This document shows positions 36,161 through 39,035 of a DNA stretch of 39,035 nucleotides, piece by piece. A model generated the notes under the pieces. That model did no database searches. It saw only the letters and a list, made by a program, of their open reading frames with translations, and was not told the origin of the DNA. Position numbers and translations under genes: made by a program. The stretch comes from a virus (taxonomy: Duplodnaviria; Caudoviricetes): positions 1 to 39,035 of the IMG/VR virus record IMGVR_UViG_3300014201_000015; one strand, given 5' to 3'. How positions within the stretch are numbered: position 1 is the stretch's first letter; every line of letters starts with the position of its first letter.

Positions 36161-36788
36161 GCAGTTGAACGAATTATTTACTGCATTATCAAAAGCTCAA
36201 GGACAAATTAGAAGCGCTATCAAAGACAGTCAAAACTCTTTCTTTAAGAGTTCTGGAGGATATGCTTCTTTAGATTCTTGCTGGGAAGCGTGTAGAGGAC
36301 CGTTATTCGCCAATAATCTCACGATCGTCCAGACAATGGAAGAAAACGAAGGGAAGATCTTTTTGTGCACCATTTTAGGCCATTCTAGCGGTCAATTTAT
36401 AGAATCTAGAGTTCCCTTGCTTTTGGCTAAACAAGACCCTCAGGCCATTGGCAGTGCTTTGACATACATGCGTCGTTATTGCCTCTGTGCGATCGTTGGA
36501 GTAACTCCAGGAGATGATGATGATGGAGAGAAAGCGATGGTTCAATATCGAAAGCCAGAAAAAATGGAACCAGAAGAGATTTCTTCTTCGTCGCTCAGAT
36601 CAATGCTGGGAAAAGCAATTCCAAATCATGATCTAACAGGAGTGGAAAAATATCTTGACGAAGTATGCAAGAAAAATCCTACGAAACAGTTGAGTCCGAG
36701 CGAAATCATCAAGACTTTAGTAAAAAGTCCAGAAAGAATGGAAAGATTTCTAAAGGAATTTGAAGACTGGAAGGTCAGTTCACCTTAA
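36144..36788 (+). CDS. erf: ERF-family ssDNA annealing protein
   Basis: ALSKAQ, YASL, HSSGQ, QAIGSALTYMRRY, DDDG. Confidence 0.93.
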   Translation: MTRTSEQLNELFTALSKAQGQIRSAIKDSQNSFFKSSGGYASLDSCWEACRGPLFANNLTIVQTMEENEGKIFLCTILGHSSGQFIESRVPLLLAKQDPQAIGSALTYMRRYCLCAIVGVTPGDDDDGEKAMVQYRKPEKMEPEEISSSSLRSMLGKAIPNHDLTGVEKYLDEVCKKNPTKQLSPSEIIKTLVKSPERMERFLKEFEDWKVSSP

Positions 36789-37092
36789 GTGAAGGATTGG
36801 GAGCACTGAGAAGTAAATGTACTACTGCTTCGTGCTTCTTTAACATCACCGTAAGAAAAGTAACACATCTTAATAAAATATTGATCTTTTCTTCTTTAGA
36901 AAATTGCTCAAAATTCTCAACTTTTTTTGAAACATAATCTCCAATATCTCTCATGGATCCTAAACAGCTGAGAGCATCTTTGGCCGAGACATTATCAAAA
37001 ATCCAATTGGTCACTTCTTGGATATTGCAGGAAGCTCTTTCCGTATTCTCATCGATTTGGTCGATCTGTTTGAAAAACTCCTCAATTCCCAT
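36775..37092 (-). CDS. Hypothetical protein
   Basis: AAGGA SD; helical. Confidence 0.55.
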   Translation of the reverse strand: MGIEEFFKQIDQIDENTERASCNIQEVTNWIFDNVSAKDALSCLGSMRDIGDYVSKKVENFEQFSKEEKINILLRCVTFLTVMLKKHEAVVHLLLSAPNPSLKVN

Positions 37093-37372
37093 TTGAGTCC
37101 TTAATTTGGACCAAAGGTTCTAATAGAATCCTGACTTTCTTGTCGAATTCTTCTCTCTTTTCTTTTCCAAAAGAAAAATAGGGATAAAAATCTTTTCCCT
37201 CTGAAGTTTCTTTGGAAAAAGTAGGAAAGGCAACGAACCATCCTCCCTTCTTTTTCATGATTACCTTGAATTCAGAGAGAGTCAAATCATGTTGGCCGAT
37301 GTACACATCAAAGAGAGCAATCACAGCTTCCGGTGAATTCTTGTAGGGAGGTCGGTAGTTGATGACTTTCAT
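37082..37372 (-). CDS. SpoVG-like nucleic-acid-binding protein
   Basis: IALFDV...LTLSEFKVI..KKGGWFVAFP..Y pattern; GAGGT SD. Confidence 0.65.
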   Translation of the reverse strand: MKVINYRPPYKNSPEAVIALFDVYIGQHDLTLSEFKVIMKKKGGWFVAFPTFSKETSEGKDFYPYFSFGKEKREEFDKKVRILLEPLVQIKDSNGN

Positions 37373-37485
37373 AAAACCTCTTTAAATGCCCTGTAATCGA
37401 TTTTTTAGTTGAATGGCTACGAACATACTAATCGACCATCGATCGTTGATTGTAGAGCATTTTAGATGCCTTCCTGAACATTCTC

Positions 37486-38280
37486 TTATCGTTTATCAGT
37501 TTCATTTTTCTGGGATCCGTTAAGTGGAGCTGTTTTCTCATCCCATTGCTCATCTGAGTATAGGATTGATTTGCAAAAACTTCCATAAGTGAGTTCTAAC
37601 CCTTCTTCCGTGACAAATACGTTCCACTGATTCAATTTTTTCCCATCCCATTTCTTCGCTTGTTGTTTCCTTTTTTCTAATTCTTTTCCCTTTCCTTCAG
37701 AATCTCTAATGGATTGCATCACTGCAATCAACCAATCTCTTATATTTTTCACATGCCCTTGAGGAGTGACTTCAAATCTCTTCCAGGCTTCATCGAATTC
37801 TTTTTCTTTCCATCCAAGAGAAATCATCTTCTTCTTCATTTGGACCAAATCTTGGGGTTCATCTGATTTTTTTGGAACCTGAGGAGGAGGATCTTCTTTA
37901 TTTATTATCTCTTTTCTTACTATACCCTCATGGGTAAGGGTTCGAGCCCTCGTGGGCGAGGGTTCGTAAACATTATTTGAATTTACCCGTGCATGAGTGA
38001 TAAAAATCTTTCGATCCCAACGTAATCCGTTCTTTTTGGTTTCACGCTTTATGTACCCTATTTCTTCCAACTTCAGCAGCCAGCGTTCGATCGTTTGATG
38101 ACTGATTTTCATTCTTTCCGCCAAATATTTATCACTGGCAAAACAATATCCTGTGTTGTTCGCAAGTCCAGATAGCAATGCATAAAACATTATTTCTGAA
38201 TATTCTAAACGATCATCCTCAAAAACTTGAGATGGAATGACGTAGAAAGCGCCTAAGTGGTGCGATTCTTTAGTTGACAT
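37486..38280 (-). CDS. Replication initiator with N-terminal winged HTH
   Basis: YVIPSQV..D.RL...YALLS..GYCFASDKYLAE..TIERWLLKLEEIGYI; AAGGAG SD. Confidence 0.82.
   Translation of the reverse strand: MSTKESHHLGAFYVIPSQVFEDDRLEYSEIMFYALLSGLANNTGYCFASDKYLAERMKISHQTIERWLLKLEEIGYIKRETKKNGLRWDRKIFITHARVNSNNVYEPSPTRARTLTHEGIVRKEIINKEDPPPQVPKKSDEPQDLVQMKKKMISLGWKEKEFDEAWKRFEVTPQGHVKNIRDWLIAVMQSIRDSEGKGKELEKRKQQAKKWDGKKLNQWNVFVTEEGLELTYGSFCKSILYSDEQWDEKTAPLNGSQKNETDKR
37925..37966. repeat. Putative origin iterons inside initiator gene
   Basis: CCCTCATGGGTAAGGGTTCG and CCCTCGTGGGCGAGGGTTCG at 22-bp period, next to AT-rich DNA. Confidence 0.65.
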
Positions 38281-38344
38281 AGAGTTCTCCTTTTTGTTGA
38301 GAACCCCGTTACGACCCTGAGATTTGTCAATAAATTTCTTGTGA

Positions 38345-38383
38345 TTGCTTTAATTGCAACTTCAAGTAAAATTGGCGTATAAC
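38345..38383 (+). promoter_or_regulatory. Promoter(s) for countertranscript
   Basis: TTGCTT-16-TAAAAT and TTGCAA-18-TATAAC. Confidence 0.55.
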
Positions 38384-38384
38384 A

Positions 38385-38465
38385 TCGTTCGCCTTTTTTA
38401 TTTGTCTCGGGGTCGTATCCGGGGCTTATTCTTGCCTCGGGGTCTTATTCCGGGGCTTTTTTTTT
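38385..38465 (+). ncRNA. Putative countertranscript (antisense) RNA of rep leader; 5' end approximate
   Basis: Promoter, two tandem GC hairpins with plus-strand G-U pairs, terminal U9 tract, no ORF. Confidence 0.6.
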
Positions 38466-38469
38466 GATC

Positions 38470-38498
38470 AAAGTAATCGTTCACTGAAAATTTGTCTA
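38470..38498 (-). promoter_or_regulatory. Promoter of replication initiator
   Basis: TAGACA-17-TACTTT on minus strand. Confidence 0.6.
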
Positions 38499-38614
38499 AG
38501 ATAAAGTAAAATTTCTCTATGAAAAGCTCTTTTATATTGCAATAAATCACTCGTCAAATAGAATGAAAAACAGCAAGTGCACTGATCACGCAGTTGACCT
38601 CTAAATGTTTTACT

Positions 38615-38641
38615 AGCCCTTGGATGTTCCAGGGGCTTTTT
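38615..38641 (+). terminator. Intrinsic terminator-like hairpin
   Basis: AGCCCTTGGA-TGT-TCCAGGGGCT followed by T-run. Confidence 0.7.
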
Positions 38642-38672
38642 CCTGGTTGGGTCTCTATTTTTAGAGATCTTT

Positions 38673-38776
38673 CGAAAGGCGAAACAGAATTACACAGAAA
38701 ACAACTGTTGCTATAACAGTCATCGTTGCTTGGGTCATCTCTCTCACTTTTTCTTAGGAGTTTTAAGTCCTTTTTT
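38673..38776. repeat. 104-bp exact direct repeat, copy 2
   Basis: Identical to 1-104. Confidence 0.95.
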
Positions 38777-38926
38777 TCTAGCCTCTGAAAGACTTATAGC
38801 AATCGCTTGTTTCGGGTTCGTAACGGTTGGACCGGTGCCTTTAGTCCGTGAATGCATATGACCTTCTTTAAAAGTATGCATGCGTTTTTCGATAAATTTT
38901 TTAGCTTTCTTAGATTCTTTCGCCAT
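38744..38926 (-). CDS. Small basic DUF6496-like protein, allele B
   Basis: MHTFKEGHMHS...VTNPKQAIAISLSEARK. Confidence 0.85.
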   Translation of the reverse strand: MAKESKKAKKFIEKRMHTFKEGHMHSRTKGTGPTVTNPKQAIAISLSEARKKGLKTPKKK

Positions 38927-38933
38927 ATCTCTC

Positions 38934-39035
38934 TCAACTTATGAATTCTGTAATAACAATGACTCCAGAGACGCCATTTCCCCCAGAGGCATTCGCGGCA
39001 TTTGCAGCTACTCCACCACCAGCTCCTCCTCCTCC
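38934..39035 (-). CDS. C-terminal fragment of a fourth glycine-rich fibre variant (truncated by window end)
   Basis: GGGGAGGGVAANAANASGGNGVSGVIVITEFIS*, matching the end motif of paralogues 1-3 but identical to none. Confidence 0.8.
   Translation of the reverse strand, partial: GGGGAGGGVAANAANASGGNGVSGVIVITEFIS

Larger units (their letters stand above)
1..38672. mobile_element. Near-complete tailed dsDNA phage genome (P22/podovirus-like), probably one circular or permuted unit
   Basis: Terminase, portal, scaffold, capsid, adaptor, nozzle, ejection and fibre genes in P22-like order; position 1 recurs at 38673. Confidence 0.92.

Noticed and set aside
38405-38457. Mini-CRISPR array from the tandem CTCGGGGTC repeats
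   Set aside because: Only two imperfect copies about 8 nt apart with no spacer-length insert and no cas genes; explained as RNA hairpins

Overview
The window is an apparently near-complete genome (unit length about 38,672 bp) of a tailed dsDNA phage with P22/podovirus-like gene order. The minus strand carries terS, terL, HNH-AP2, portal, scaffold, N4-gp56-type major capsid, decoration, adaptor, tail nozzle, three ejection-type proteins and a 12 kb block of paralogous receptor-binding/fibre genes. An early region holds an HTH replication initiator with internal iterons, a SpoVG-like protein, Erf, a PD-(D/E)XK nuclease, an HTH regulator and RusA. I recognise no integrase, endolysin, DNA polymerase, tRNA or CRISPR. 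Bases 1-104 recur exactly at 38673-38776 and then continue into a different allele of the DUF6496-like gene and glycine-rich fibre gene. The most notable unannotated structures are: (i) a countertranscript-RNA/attenuator architecture upstream of the replication initiator, as in plasmid copy-number control; (ii) a structured capsid mRNA leader with two covarying pseudoknot-like repeats; (iii) a complex antisense-strand structured element at 27254-27339; (iv) an array of tiny membrane microproteins missed by the ORF track; (v) a His/Lys/Met-rich microprotein operon; and (vi) Ser/Pro-rich, effector-like morons. A Chlamydiota-like host is my inference only. All product calls are by motif recognition and synteny, not by database search.
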